A DNA stretch of 64,000 nucleotides. Source: Trichosphaerium sp. ATCC 40318 (Eukaryota; Protista; Tubulinea). Shown here piece after piece: positions 26,811 through 40,218 of this stretch. Numbering within the stretch: position 1 is the stretch's first letter; each line of letters opens with the position of its first letter. The stretch covers positions 1 through 64,000 of the forward strand of contig JALMLS010000323.1 of the NCBI GenBank assembly GCA_038496445.1, read 5' to 3'. The translations under genes were made by a program, and so were the position numbers. The notes beneath the pieces were generated by a model. That model had not been told where the DNA came from. It ran no database searches and worked only from the letters and a program-made list of their open reading frames with translations.

Positions 26811-27467
26811 ATGTCCAGACCCAAGCCCAGAATTGTTATCATGCCCAACAGCCGCGGTGATGTGTTCAATAACTATCGTATGTGCTTTGGATGGTTAGCG
26901 TGAGAGTGCACACACTAACTGGGTGGTTAGGTATGGAAGTAATGAAAATACGCTATGAAGAGAAAGATAACGGCGTTCACACATACATTGACAACTTGGC
27001 GAATATAGCCAGAGCATTAAATCGCAAACCGAAAATCACCCTGAAATTTTTTTCCTTGGAGCTCCAAACTGAGTCACGTGGGGATGATACATATAAGGAA
27101 TATATGTTAATCGGTACTATTTGTATATCTTTACATCGCTTACAATGTGTTAGGGAGGTTTTCGGAAGAGGTACTAGCGGATACATTAGATAAATTCATA
27201 CAGCTTTATATCATTTGTAATACATGTATGCTTCCTGAAACATCTATAAGACACTAGAAAACCCACAAAAGGGCGGAAGAAGGTTAAAGTTCACCCACAA
27301 CGAACTGTGTACTAACTTTTTTCCCTGTTGTTTAGTTATTAATGGTTTGCCGATGTTGTGGAACAACATCAGCTGTACCTATGGATCATAAGTTTAGCGA
27401 TTTTTTGTTCAATCAAGCGGGAACGCTAGGCAAAACAAATCACATGTGTGGACCAGCTCCAATGTAA
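26811..27467 (+). pseudogene. eIF5/eIF2-beta N-terminal-domain protein with a +1 frame disruption (assembly error, pseudogene or recoding)
   Basis: DNGVHTYIDNLANIARALNRKP...LKFFSLEL...DKFIQLYIICNTCMLPET, then TAG at 27255-27257. The second CxxC (LMVCRCCG...DHKF) is reached only in the +1 frame. Confidence 0.7.
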
Positions 27468-27617
27468 AGCGAGACGTAATATTACGTGGTACTAGCAATA
27501 AATAAAACTCCAGAATTATGATAAGTTTCCTGCATTCTCCAAAAAAATGTACTCAACTAGCGCATCACTTTTCGTAGCACAATTCTGTTTTACAGTTCAT
27601 AATTTTTTAACGCAAAG

Positions 27618-29938
27618 ATGAAAGCAGCTCTAGCACTTCTAGTTATTTTGATTGTAGCGGCTACCAATGCAAGTACGTATACATTCAAGCATACCTTTTC
27701 ATACCACGTGACTTTGAAGAGTTTCAACCACCGTTTCAAGTTTTCTGATATTTTGTTTCGCTAGTTGAGTATGTCGATTCTGCCTCGACCTGTACTATGG
27801 ACTGTGGTACCGAAACCGATCCACACACTGATATCCTCAGTATGACAAGTTTTCATTACCCTTTTGGTTTCTCACGCATTCCTAGGTGCTCTAGATAAGA
27901 TACCAACTGGTGGAGAGATTATTATTAAGGCTGGTACTTATTCTGTACGTAACTTGCGAAAATACGCGTTTTTCTGATAGATACAGGGTCTTAGAAACGT
28001 AAACTACACTTTAAACGCTGGAGACTTCACTATTAGGTACATGATAACTTTTTTGGTACAAATGTCAATCCCTTTTATAAACTTTTTGTTCCCTAGTGGT
28101 GAAGATCCTGCTGATAAACCAGTTCTCGCCTGCAACACATTCTCAGGCGGTATGCATATCGTTACTAGCGGAAAATATATTTTGGTACGTTTCGAATGTG
28201 AATTGCTTTAACGCTAGCGTTTCCTTTTCCGTTCTCGAAAGCGTGATTATCTTTCCGTTGTTTTTCTTTCTAATGGCCTTGTACAGAAAAATTTGGTATT
28301 CCAAGACTGTAAGGAGGACAACGGTGGTTCTTTACGCATGCAAGACACTACTTTCGAGCTTCACGGCGTCGATTTTGAAGAAAGCGAAGCTTTCTTTGGT
28401 GGAGGTATTTTTTTTTTCTTTGTCACGTGCTTTTTGATATCAAATTCAAATTCTAAACAATTGTTTTTAGGCGCTATTCACATGCTTCGTTCAACCGGTA
28501 CAATCTTTGGCGGTTACTTCAAAGGTTCTTCAGCCGTAGAAGGTGGTGCTATATACGTTGAGGACGGCACTTTGGAATTAAGGGCACCATTTACTTTTTC
28601 TCTCGGTGGAGCCACTGAGGTGCGTCAAAACTAAAAATAAACAAAAAAAAAAAAGGTGTAGAGACTTAAACATGCTTGTTTTAGGGTGACGATTTATATT
28701 GTGCAAACGCAACCATTAATATTTTTGCTGCTAATGCTACCTCACTTCCAGGCGGTTTGGCTTGCCCTATGTGTGAAATCACATTCAAACCAGGCACGTG
28801 ATTTTTTTTGAAGAGAAAAATGAAGCAACTCAAACTGACTGTTCTGTAGCTGATGGTGCAAGTACTGAATCTACAAGCATATGCGGTAGTGGAAAAGGTG
28901 TTGCTAACACAAACCCTTGCAACTTTAGGTACGTGCAGAACGATAACTTTCGCAAGAATTATTGCAAGAAAAGTGAAATTTTGTTTTGTTCCGGGCTATT
29001 ATGTTTTACCGATATTTTCTGAACACAATCTAATATTTCATCTAGAGATGGAGCTGCATGCGTTCAGCGCTCTCAAATTTGCATGGGACTTGGTAGTAGC
29101 GAAGACTTTGTACGAACTATTTTTTTTTCTTCATATTTTCTGATATTCTGTTTAGAGATGCGGTTGTTTGGCTACCTACGGTGATTGTATCGGCGATAGC
29201 AAATGTGCTACCGGGTTTTTGGAGTCTCTTTACCGTGGAGAATGTAGTCCTGATTGTGAATCAGCACAATGTCTGATCACAGGCGTAGACACCACCCCAC
29301 TTCCATGTAAGTTTCGCGAGCATTTTTTACAGTGATGACTAACATTTTTTTTCTAGACACCAAGTTCTTTATTTTAAGACTTTTCGCATGTGACACAATA
29401 GATGCTGTACTAACGAAAGTTACTCAATTATTTACTACCAAATTAGCTAAAACTGTAGTCGTTAAGGTACAAGAGCGCCCAAATTGTTTTTTTAGGATAA
29501 CTACAATTCTTTTACTGACTGCTCTTTTCTAGATCAGAAGAGTTGAAAACTGTGATGCTTTCAACTTGGGTAAAAAGAAGAGACAAGTTTTGGATCCTAC
29601 CGTTGAACTATACACTGAACTAACAGCAGGTACGTAATCCAAATCTTAGTGTTATTGCGGACAAAAAGTTAACCTCACTGTGCACCACTCTTTTTTTTTG
29701 ATTGAGATTTCAAGTGACGCTGATTTTTTTTATAGCTGAGGAAGAGACTTTGGCTACCACTCTTATGACTGCATTGGATGATGGCGAATTAGAAAATGAA
29801 GGTGTAACTAGCGTTGAAATTGGACCTCTTGGACCTACTGCAGCCCCTGCATTCCCTACAACTATCGCTCCTACCTCTAGCAGTAGTGTCATTGTATTCA
29901 GCATGGTATTGCTAGCTGTACTTGCTCTATTGTTTTAA
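27618..29938 (+). CDS. Cell-surface protein with pectin-lyase-like/GGAI beta-helix motifs, Cys-rich region and C-terminal TM/GPI signal
   Basis: Signal MKAALALLVILIVAATNA; NGGSL, FGG, EGGAIYVEDG motifs; Cys-rich exons; S/T linker followed by a hydrophobic tail VIVFSMVLLAVLALLF*. Confidence 0.7.
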
Positions 29939-30530
29939 ACACAACATTTCATACTCATCCTTTTTTTTTGTTCCAACAATAACGCTTTGTCGCTTGTTGA
30001 ATAAAAGCCCAACCTATTTCTTTGTAATACCTGCCTGCGTTGTAGTTTTGTGACACGCTACCTATAGTTAGCGTCAGAGGTTACTTAGACTCAAGTAAAA
30101 GTAGTACATATGAGCAATAGCAAGCTTGGTTTTGATAGGATGTTACCAAAATGATTTTTACAAACAATAATGACAAGAAAATAATAAAAATTGTCCAAGT
30201 CGAAGTCGTTGAAGTGTTTGTAAAGCCAAAAATCATTCTCCTACTAGCCATCTGTTTTGTGTTTTAATATCTCATTTCACTCTTTGTTGCAGTTCACAAA
30301 CAATGGGCTTTATTTTGCTTCCGCTGATTCGCTAGGTTTACCATAAAATCGATAATTGTATTTCATTGAATTTGTTTACAATAAAAAATATTTCGTAGCC
30401 AAATACGACTTTATAACTACATACTGACGCTGGTTGTCTCTTACATAAAAAATCAGTGCTAAGAAGCTCTGTTAGTATCGTGATTGCTTTTGCTATTGTC
30501 TTTGCGTGGTTTTGATAAATAAAACGAGTG

Positions 30531-32679
30531 ATGGAAAAATCTGGTAGTGAGGAGGTTTTCAGTGCGCTTGAACTAGGTTCATGTGTGAATTTGGCTTTTG
30601 CCATAATTGGGAACAACCAAAGTGGTTACATATCCATCCTTGATAGTATAGAAGCAGGTTGTGGTACGTTTTAGTTACTTTTACGTTGTAAAACAAAAAT
30701 GGGCACTGATGCGCTTATTAACACGATAATTGGCTTACTGTGATAAGGTTTGGGCATACCTGACGATACAGTGGAAGAGGAGGAAGAAACAGCTAATTTA
30801 GAATTAAAATCAAGTTCAAGGACAAGAATAACTCGCTATGGAGGTCAAGTGGTTAAAACAGATTTTTTTACGCCTATACCACTCATGTACGTTTTTTTGA
30901 AAGAAAAAAATACAATTTGAACTTGACGTTGACACAACGAAGTTGTATAGCACTTGCTGACGATAAGAAACCTCCTCCTGTATACTACACAAACTTGAAA
31001 AATGCCAATGCCAATCTATTCATCGTTTGTTTCTCACTTATTGACCCTGGTGCTAAGGAAGATGTAAAAATGAGGGTACAGTCAAAATTATTGCTGGGTT
31101 GTTCGTTAATTACTTACTACTGACCTAGGTAAAAGACATAAAAAAGCATTGCAGTAAAGTACCAATTGTACTTGTTGGTACGAATGGTTGTTACAGAGGA
31201 TCAGGATTTTCCAATCCACCTAAGATGGTATGGCGTTCAGCAGGGTTTTCTGCTTTCTGAGTTTTCTGAAAGTATTTAGGGACGTAAGCTTGCCAAAAAA
31301 TTGCGTTGCAAAGGATACTACGAGTTTGATTTCTTTGCAACTACAGCGAGTGGGGTGGATGCTTTCATTGAGTCTTGTGTCGCATACTTTATAAGTACAT
31401 CTAAACAACCTAGACAACCTGTAATATCGCCTCCACTACCAAATGATACAGCAAGTGTGTCTCAATCAGGAGCTAGACAACCTGTCGTACCTCCTTCACC
31501 ATCCAATTATGAACCAGAAGTATCGATAGCTGAAAGTAAGGCGAGTACTAGTAGCTCTATAGAAATATCTAGACTTGTTCCAAGAGGTACGTTTTTCTTT
31601 GAACAAAACACGTGATTGTCACGTGATAAAAGAAAAAACCTTCCTAAAACATTATCTTACTGGACGATTGTTGTTAATTGTTAATAGTGAAGCTGTACTC
31701 TAAATCGCCGTGGGATGTACATTTTCAACAAAGCTCACGTTCTGGACTTTGGACTCTAAAGTTAGGATACAAAGGAAATATTGTCAAGATGATAGTTTCT
31801 CTTGGAACCTATGTACGCATTTTTTGTTTAACTTCAATACACTGTTATTTGGATATCTCGTACTTATTTGTTGTTAAATGATTAGTCGGCAGTAACTTGG
31901 TATGTGAGGAAAAATGTTAAAATGACAAGGGTTGAAGGAAAAAGCTTTATTTTTTTCAAATGGTCTTCATCACCTGATCATCAACTTGGCGTCATGCTTG
32001 ACAATTTAGCTGATGCTGGAGTTTTCCAAAGTTTGTTTGATAATGTTACTGTTGAGAAAACACAGTGCGAAAGTGTTACAGATATTGATAACACAGGTAA
32101 GTCCAAAAGAAGTTCCCCTTTTTGGAACAAAAGATTATGTTGTTATTCTGACTTTTCTTGTTTAGTTGTTGCTACTACAACACAACCCCCTCCTGGAAAT
32201 AACCACTTTGAAACCCTTCCAATTGAAGTATTAGTAATGATTTTTCGTGGTATAAGCTATTCAACAAGGTTACACCAAGTATGCTATCATTGGTACGTTA
32301 ACAGCAGTATGGATTTTTGTTTGTATTTTTTTTCTTTTGCACTGCAATTCTTTACACTCACTGGTATCTTTGTAGGTATGATGTTCTACAAGATAAATCT
32401 TTGATAAAGTTTTTCCATAAGACAGGGTTTAATGATGTTTGTGAAGCGATTAGGAATCACGAAAGGGTATACAAACGTTACTACAATTATTCCTTTTTTT
32501 TGCTAAAGTTTTTATGAAAACAGAATAATAATGATTGGAAAGATCCTTTCTTTATACCAAACCCACCTTTCCGCCCGATTCTCCCTTTCGCACCTGGATG
32601 GCGACCTCATCCAGGCCCTTTCCGCCCTCCTTTATATAGCAGCTCTGATGATGATTGGTCTGATGATTGGTCTGATTAG
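30531..32679 (+). CDS. Degenerate Rho-like GTPase domain + EVH1/PH-like domain + F-box + Pro-rich and acidic-Trp tail
   Basis: AIIGNNQSGYIS (degenerate P-loop); ANLFIVCFSLIDP and VPIVLVGT (Rho-like); FETLPIEVLVMIF...HQVCYHW (F-box); ends PPLYSSSDDDWSDDWSD*. Confidence 0.65.
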
Positions 32680-32833
32680 TGTCATGCATATTTGTAAACA
32701 AGTTCATTTCACTTCGTTTATTTAACGGAGTACGTGTATCCTTGCACAGCAAACAAGCATTTTAAATAAACCAAAAGTCTAACTAGCCATTGTACTAATG
32801 ACTCAGTGTCTGAAAAAATCCAAAGACTTGTAG

Positions 32834-35802
32834 TTATTTTTTAAACCGAATTGTCAGTTTTTTATTTTTATTTGTTATTGAAGTTGTTTGTTTGTTGTTT
32901 GTTCTTTTACGCTTTGTTTTTCCTTGTACTATCCTATTAAGTTCATGTAATACATTCTTTTGTCTTGCAACATCAAATACTGTAATACCATCTACTGATT
33001 TTATTGAACAATCAGCACCTTCGTCAATGAGCGTCATTACTATAAAACAAATATTAATGCAACAAAAAAACGAAGTCGTGCTAAGTTACCCAATGACCAC
33101 AACTTAACACGTGTTGCCAAATGAAGTGCTGTTTCTCCAGCATCGTTTATAGCATTTATTTTCGCTCCTCTGTTTAAAAGAAACTTGGTGACACCTGTCG
33201 GTGAAGTGATAGCAACATGTAAACAAGTGCTAAAATTCTGACTTAACAACTTTAATGATACACATACTTGTACTTACTTGTTTCCTTTACCCAACGTATT
33301 AACGTTTGCTCCATTATCAATAAGCATTTTAACCGTATTCAATATGCCCCTTTCAACAGCATAATGAAGCGCAGTATAACCCTCAATACTGACCATGTTG
33401 ATTACATCCTTGTGAATGAGAAACTCAATAAAAAATACACAAAAACTACATACTGTGCATTTTGGCAATACTGCTTCAAGATTTCTTTGAGAGGACGCAA
33501 CAGCGGCGCAAAGTAGTTCTACTTTTGACTGAGGCGAAACAGGATACCTAAATACTACATCTTGTAGTAGAGATATAAAAGATTCATCATTGTAATCGAA
33601 AATGCGGATTGCATCAGTGCAACCTAGAAAAGCTCAGTCAAAGGAACGTGAGTGTAAAAAACGGCTAATTAGGTAACATAGGGACGCTAATAACGTGTTT
33701 CAAGCGGATTAAACAATATAACTGTAGTATGGAATGGTAGTTAAACTTACCTTTATCAAGTAGGAACTTAATAATAGACAGTTTTTTTGCCTTATCAGAA
33801 GTGTCAGTTTAAGGTCTTTTATAGACGTAAAACGAACCTTGCAAGCATATGTTATGGGCTTATATCCTTCCAACGAGTATACATGTATGTCTCCGCCAAG
33901 ATTTATAACTTCTTCCAGTAAATCACAGTTAAGGCTTGCAGCAAAATGCACAGCAGTTCTAAATTAAATTAATCTTGTCTTAAAAACTTTTGCACGCAGT
34001 GCTAACCTTCCATTCATGTTCTTTATATTGACACATGGTTTATGTTTGTGTAGAAATTTCTTTACAATGCTTGTGAGCTCGAACTAAAGATCCTATAAGC
34101 ACTAAATTGAAAAAAGTAACAACTCACATTAGCGAATGACTCAGGTAGCTTTGTTAGCATGCCTAAGGCAATGGTCAATAAAGTGTTCCCACGTGGCCCT
34201 ACCATCCTCTAGTTAGAATATTGATGTCATATTACACTAAAATTCAATTGTACCTTTCACGTGTATGTCCAGAATTTGGTTATCAAACAACCAATGAATA
34301 ATTTTAAATATATTTTCAAAATTACAGTTTGAGAAATTTAGAGCTTGTATGGCAACCATCAAAGGAGTAGAATGCTGAAAGTATTTGCTTGGAAATACCT
34401 TATTAATCAAAGAAGGATCTGTTTCTAATATATATCGTAGTAACTCTAGGTTCCCTTGTTCACTTGCATAAACAGCAGACTTTCCAAAAGGCACTTTTAA
34501 TGACAATAACCATTGAATTGCTTCATCATATCCAATCAATACTGCCACCTCAATAGGTGTATCCTACAACAGTATGAGTGCTTAATACTCTAATTATAGT
34601 TAATAATAGTACGCACTCCACCTTTACCAACTACTGTTGGCTTTATGAGATTAGAATCTACAAAGTATTTTGCCTGTTCCAACTTTGAACTCAGCTTAGA
34701 AAATATATCAGAGATTTGCATCGAAATGGATTTCATGAACTTACTTTGCTTTTTATCAACCCACAAAGTATGTCTATATCTCTATTCGATACATTGTATC
34801 CATGTTTGGCTAACCGTTGAAAGTAGTCCTTTGAGTAAAAAAGGTAAGTCTGATTTGATTCGATAAATCTGTTTTATACCTTGTAATCACTTAGTTTCAA
34901 ATTTTGTCCAGTGCGAGATTCCCAAACTAGTTTGCCAGTTATAAGTTGTGATACACCAGTGCCCATATCACCATAAATTGAAAGAGATAACATCTTAAGT
35001 TGACCTAACCATCCAACCAACGAAGGACATAACATGTCCTAAAAAACAATTTAAATAAATTTCTGTATACTTTTGATCTCAATGCACTCACAGTGGTAAG
35101 GTAAATATAACTCAGATGTAAGTGAGATACATTAGGAAATAACTTAGAGATAGTTAATGTTGTATCATTGGCTAACTTGTCTTTACAATTGCGTGAGTAA
35201 GTCTTCAATATTGACACTAATATTTTATGATACGCACTATACTTATTGGAGTACTCAAATCTCTCAACGCGAGATAGGACTGCTTGGCGCTCTCTTGCTT
35301 GTGTAAAAGCACCAACAAGTGCTATGTCGCATCCTCGTAGCCTTAAATCAACAAGAGATCGAGCACAATCAGGGTTTAACAGCAACCTACACAGTGTGTT
35401 TGATCCAATGTTAGTGTAGCTCAGATCAACATGTGTTAGAGTGTCTAAAGGGGATGGTATGAGTGCCAAAATCACTGAAAAGCGTGTTTCAAAGGAGTAA
35501 CGTACTGTGCCAACGGTTAAGAATTGCGTTAATATAGTCGTCTCTGACTGGTGAGCGTATGTGAGTACAATCAAAGGGAAATGAAAGATATCTAAGCAAC
35601 TGTAGGTGCAATATTTTTTGACGCCGTATTACCTGAAAATAGCCTTGTATCGATGTCCCCAGTAGTTTACACGTATTTTGTCCTGGACGTCAACGTATTG
35701 ACAAATATGTATCAGTACTTCGTTTGGTATATCGCTAAACTGTACTGGCTCCATGTGGCGCGTTATATTATATTGTTCTCGTTTAGAAGAAGCCACTTCC
35801 AT
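32834..35802 (-). CDS. F-box, LRR and ankyrin-repeat protein
   Basis: FSDIPNEVLIHICQY (F-box); LTHVDLSYTNI and LVDLRLRGC (LRR); GYTALHYAVERG, GETALHLA, STPLMVA (ankyrin). 3' end approximate. Confidence 0.8.
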
Positions 35803-35937
35803 TATAGTAATTGAACTTAACAACAACGACTTAATTAGTTTTTTTTTTTTCTTATTACTGCACATTATACACAAAATAGAACCCGGTATTGGCCGCCAAC
35901 ACATCGTAAACAAACTTATGCAGATATGGGAGCGTAT

Positions 35938-38900
35938 TCAGATAGCATTTGATCGTGTGCGTTTTTTCTTGCGTGGTTTCTTTTTTCGCGTCTCACCAGG
36001 CGTCCTAGATAGCTGTCTGTGGTGCTTTACAGTACTTGATCTGGAACTCTTCTTTTTATGTTTGCTTGATGAGTTGTTCTTTTTGTTTTTAAATGTTAAT
36101 AAAACGAACTAAATATCATGTGATTGAGTGGGGTTTTTTTTTTGTTTTGAAAATTGACATGAAAAAAAGAACGTACTGGAACTGGTGCGTATATACCGTC
36201 ATCGCTTTGAGTCTTTAACTTTTCTAGTTTATCATTACGAGCTTTTTCTCTTAGTTGTAGACCAGGGAGCATTGATACATCTGCATATTCCTACACATAA
36301 GGTAAATAACTTCAAAATAAAAGTTGTAGACAATACCTGAGGTTGTGTTGATGGTACTTTTTTTCGCCGCACACTACCTTTGTTGTTGACCAGTAAAGAT
36401 CGTCTGAAATTAAACTCCAGTGGTATTATTCCTTCTTTCAACGGCTCTTGATAGCGTTGTTTTCGTAACAGGAGAAATTGTGTAACATTTGTTGTTTCAT
36501 CTAAAAAAATGTTAGCGAGGCCTGTTTTGATTTTGTTGTTATCGTGCATTTCTTGTATCCGTTTTCATTTTGGACACCCACATGATCAGGCATAAAGAAT
36601 ATAGAATCTTCACTTATGCATACTTTACCATTCTTTTCACAGTTATATGACATAACCTAGAAGAAAAGAGTTAGGATGGTAAATGTTCCATAGTGAAACA
36701 TACAATACTATTAGCATTCTCAGCAATACGTCCTAAAAATGATCCAACAGGCTTGTTTTTTAGTAACCCATGCGCTGTATCCTATTTAAAAAAACCGATT
36801 AGTCTCGATGCGAGTGAACTTGTAAATTATGAACCTTGTCTATTATGCCACGAAACCAGCTAAGCGAAAACCATAAGTATTTACGCAAGGATTGAGATGA
36901 TATCGTACCATTGTGATGGCCATTTTTTTTTAAAACTCCTTTTAAGGAATCCTTCCTTTTTGTAGTGCTCAATGAACTCACACAGACCATCGAATTTTGG
37001 TACTCCTGGCGTTATAAAATCACCAGCCAATTTTCCTGCGGATTAAGTTAAAAATGAAGTGGAAGATATTACACGTGCCATGTCTTGATTTTACCAACCA
37101 CTTCTGGACACCTTCTTCCCTGCGTACAGATAGAGCAAAATGCCCTGGGTTTGACCTTAATAGTACTATTAGAACATAGTCCAAGCATGCAATAGAAAGA
37201 AACGTACTTGCTATATCTTGCAATGTATGTTCCTGGTTTTTCATCAACCAATAGAAAGGTACACTCGTCATGATCCAGAAACCTAAATTTAGAGTTAGAA
37301 TATTAAAGAAAGAGAGAGGTGGGTCAGTACCAATGAAACCATGGTTGAGTACAGTAACTCGTCAGCTTTTGAACACATGTTTTAAAAGGCCCATTACCAT
37401 CTAAAAACGATGCGAAATTATACGCAGATACATAGCCAACGTCGTTGAAGTCTAAAAAAAAAAACCAAGTCAACACATAAAAAAGCCAAAACTTGAATAA
37501 AAAAGGTAACAAGAAACTCACCCATTACTTTCTTTAAATATTGTAAATGTTCTTGCGTTACATGCATCTCTAATTGAAGAGCCTTTAAAAAGCATATTTA
37601 GATAAAATTAAAATAATTGAGCTGGTTTTTTACCTTTATAAAATCATTCCATGGAACAATACCCGTCTAGAAATTTTGTCACGTGCGAACTTTGTATAAT
37701 TGTTTAAAACTGCTACTTACCGCTTTAAAATTTGTACCCCAAAACCTCGTTGCGTCAGCATCCCACATTAATTCTTCATACACAATCTCTGAGTCTTGTT
37801 TCTTTAAACTAAATAAACAGGTAAGGTACCGGAGTAAACAAAGATGTACAAGGCTGTGAAGAAGCGTTTGTTCAAAAAAAAAAGTTAATTGAAAAAAAAA
37901 GTTTGTGCTCACTCATGAAGATATTCTCTCAAGTCTCCATTAGATGATCCTAATTCGCTCATGGTGACAATAGAAGTACCGCGAGGTCTAGTAGTAGTAG
38001 GAGTCTTTCGCTTCCGTTTCTTTTTAAATACTTTTGACAATGTCAGCATCTCCTCGTTTAAAAGTTGATTTGCATGTTCTAGCTGTGATCTAGTTCTTTT
38101 TTTCGAAGTCCAATTAACCCAAAACTCAGTATTCGCCTGTTGATTAATTGTTTTCGAAAATGCGTCTACTATTGCCAATAATTTCCTGAAATGATGGCAT
38201 TGCTCTTGCTTTACATCAAAGTCTGTTATAGTTAAAATTGCTTTCCTCAACACGATAACCAAATCATTTACATCGACCTACAATACCGCTTAGAAAGAAA
38301 ACTACGAGTATACGCAATTACTACAAAAATACGCACCTTTTTATTGGCAATACCGTGAAGGACATCCAAAAGCTAATAATCAAAAATGAGACCAACAAAT
38401 AAACCAAAAAAAAAAGAAAAAAAAAACCAAACAATTTTCTTCAAAATAAAATGAACAGTTCGCGGTTACCTGCACCATAATATGTAATACGCCCACTTTA
38501 GAAAGCTCTGTTGTTGCTTTGATTTGTTTTCGTAGACGTGGTAAATAGTATTTTTGTAGTTCCTTATTAAACATTTAGCGATCTTTTTTTTTTTCATTTT
38601 CTTGTACTGGTTTTGAAAACCATCAAGAACGCGTACGTGTCGTTGAAACTGTTCAAGTTTCTTTCCTTGTAGGTCCCAAAAAATTACTTTTCTTGAGGTT
38701 ACTATTAGAGCATGACTTTCCATCATTGATAATGCTCTTATACTTCTTTTAAATATTTTAAATCGTAATGGGTCTAAAAAAAGCATTTACAATTTTGCAC
38801 GTGATAAAATAAATCAAAGCAAAAAAAAAAAAAATGACGAGAAAAAATTTCGCGTACCTTCTACATCTCTAAGTATAGGACTCCACACAGTCAGTTGAGA

Positions 38901-40218
38901 GTTTCCAGAGAGGCTGACAAGGAACCCATTGAAGTCATGGATTTGCTACAAAGACTTAGAATCAATCAATTCTTTAAACGTGTTTACCTTTATTGCAGTT
39001 TGTTTGAGCTGATCTTGTAGATAGCTTAAGGATGCTGATTTCTCACTACTATTGGAATAGTGTATTACATAAGCCTCCTCTGCTGTAGCCAATTTGTAAG
39101 CTTTCAACTGACCTTGTACATCGCCAATGATCGCGTAATATTCGTTATCATTAGGCTTTGCGTATGTGTGCAATGACGTGGCGGTACCATCAAATCTCTT
39201 AGACTCTACGGGATCTACACAAAAAAACTTAGTAAGCAAGCTTGGTTCAACGAATGACCCTTCAGAAAACAAAACAATAACACAAGAAAAAGAAAAAAAC
39301 GAGTGGAAAATTGTGAGACTCTTACCTTGCTTTTTAGACTCAATGTTCCACGTCAATAGATTTTCAGCGGTTATAGCAACTATATAAGGACCACATTTCT
39401 TTATATCTATGAATGATCTCGCACTACCGTCTTTAGGAAACTGTTTATCTAAACGTATTTTTCACGCTCACCTCGCTCCACTGGCTAACATGAAGTCCTT
39501 TTTGAGTCTCCCTGACGCCAAAGACCAGAATTGTAACCTATTACCAACATATAAGACGCGTGCTGTAGGTGATACGGCGCTTGTAATTCCAGAATAAAAC
39601 AAATTTGCCGTATTTGAAACTCAGACTTATTTTTTTGCTTGTTTTTGCAAACGTACTTGGCGTATGAACCCAAGAGAAGGTTGTCCCCGAGAAAACACGA
39701 GAATTTGGGTTTCGCTTGCCAAGTTGGAGCATCATCCGCTAAAGGTACTTGGCGAGGATCCTCGTCATCATTATCTATCTGCACGCTTAATTAGAAATAA
39801 TTTTATGTTTTTAGGAGCCACGCCGCACTTCATATTTGTAGAATCCTTCTTTTGTATGAAACAAGAACATATCATCGTCGCTGAAAATGCCCAAAGTAAT
39901 TTTGTTGTCCCACCCATCAAACTGCCGGACTCTTTTTTCTTTCGTCTCCACGTTATAAATATGATACTCCTCTGGTGTGCCAGCGGAAGCACTGTGTACA
40001 GAAATAACGTGTGGGTGTACCATCACAGGCGAAATTCCGGATACAAGCGGCACTGAGATGTCCACAACGTGTTGAACCTTATTGGAAGCGTCATAAGCTA
40101 CATACGAGCCAGTGTTGTCGTATATTCCTAAAAGGAACGTTGGGGAAGGGAAATAAACCCCTTGTAGTTTCTGGTGACGTCTGGAGTAATGTGGGGGCAG
40201 AACCTCATCGAGATTCAT
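35938..40218 (-). CDS. Beta-propeller (WD40-like) + helical bundle + EF-hand + SH2 (Cbl-TKB-like) protein with basic tail
   Basis: Exons join propeller-like strands (IIGDVQGQLKAYKL, KVIFWDLQGK) to a helical region, DFNDVGYVSAYNF (EF-like) and PWFH...KPGTYIARYSKSNPGHFALS (SH2). Start position approximate. Confidence 0.65.

Noticed and set aside
27255-27257. TAG reassignment or simple stop readthrough
   Set aside because: Readthrough does not restore the downstream CxxC frame, and other genes here end normally at TAG, TAA and TGA.
38466-38786. ORF-track ORF as a separate gene start
   Set aside because: It splices in frame with upstream propeller exons and downstream helical exons, so it is treated as internal to one gene.
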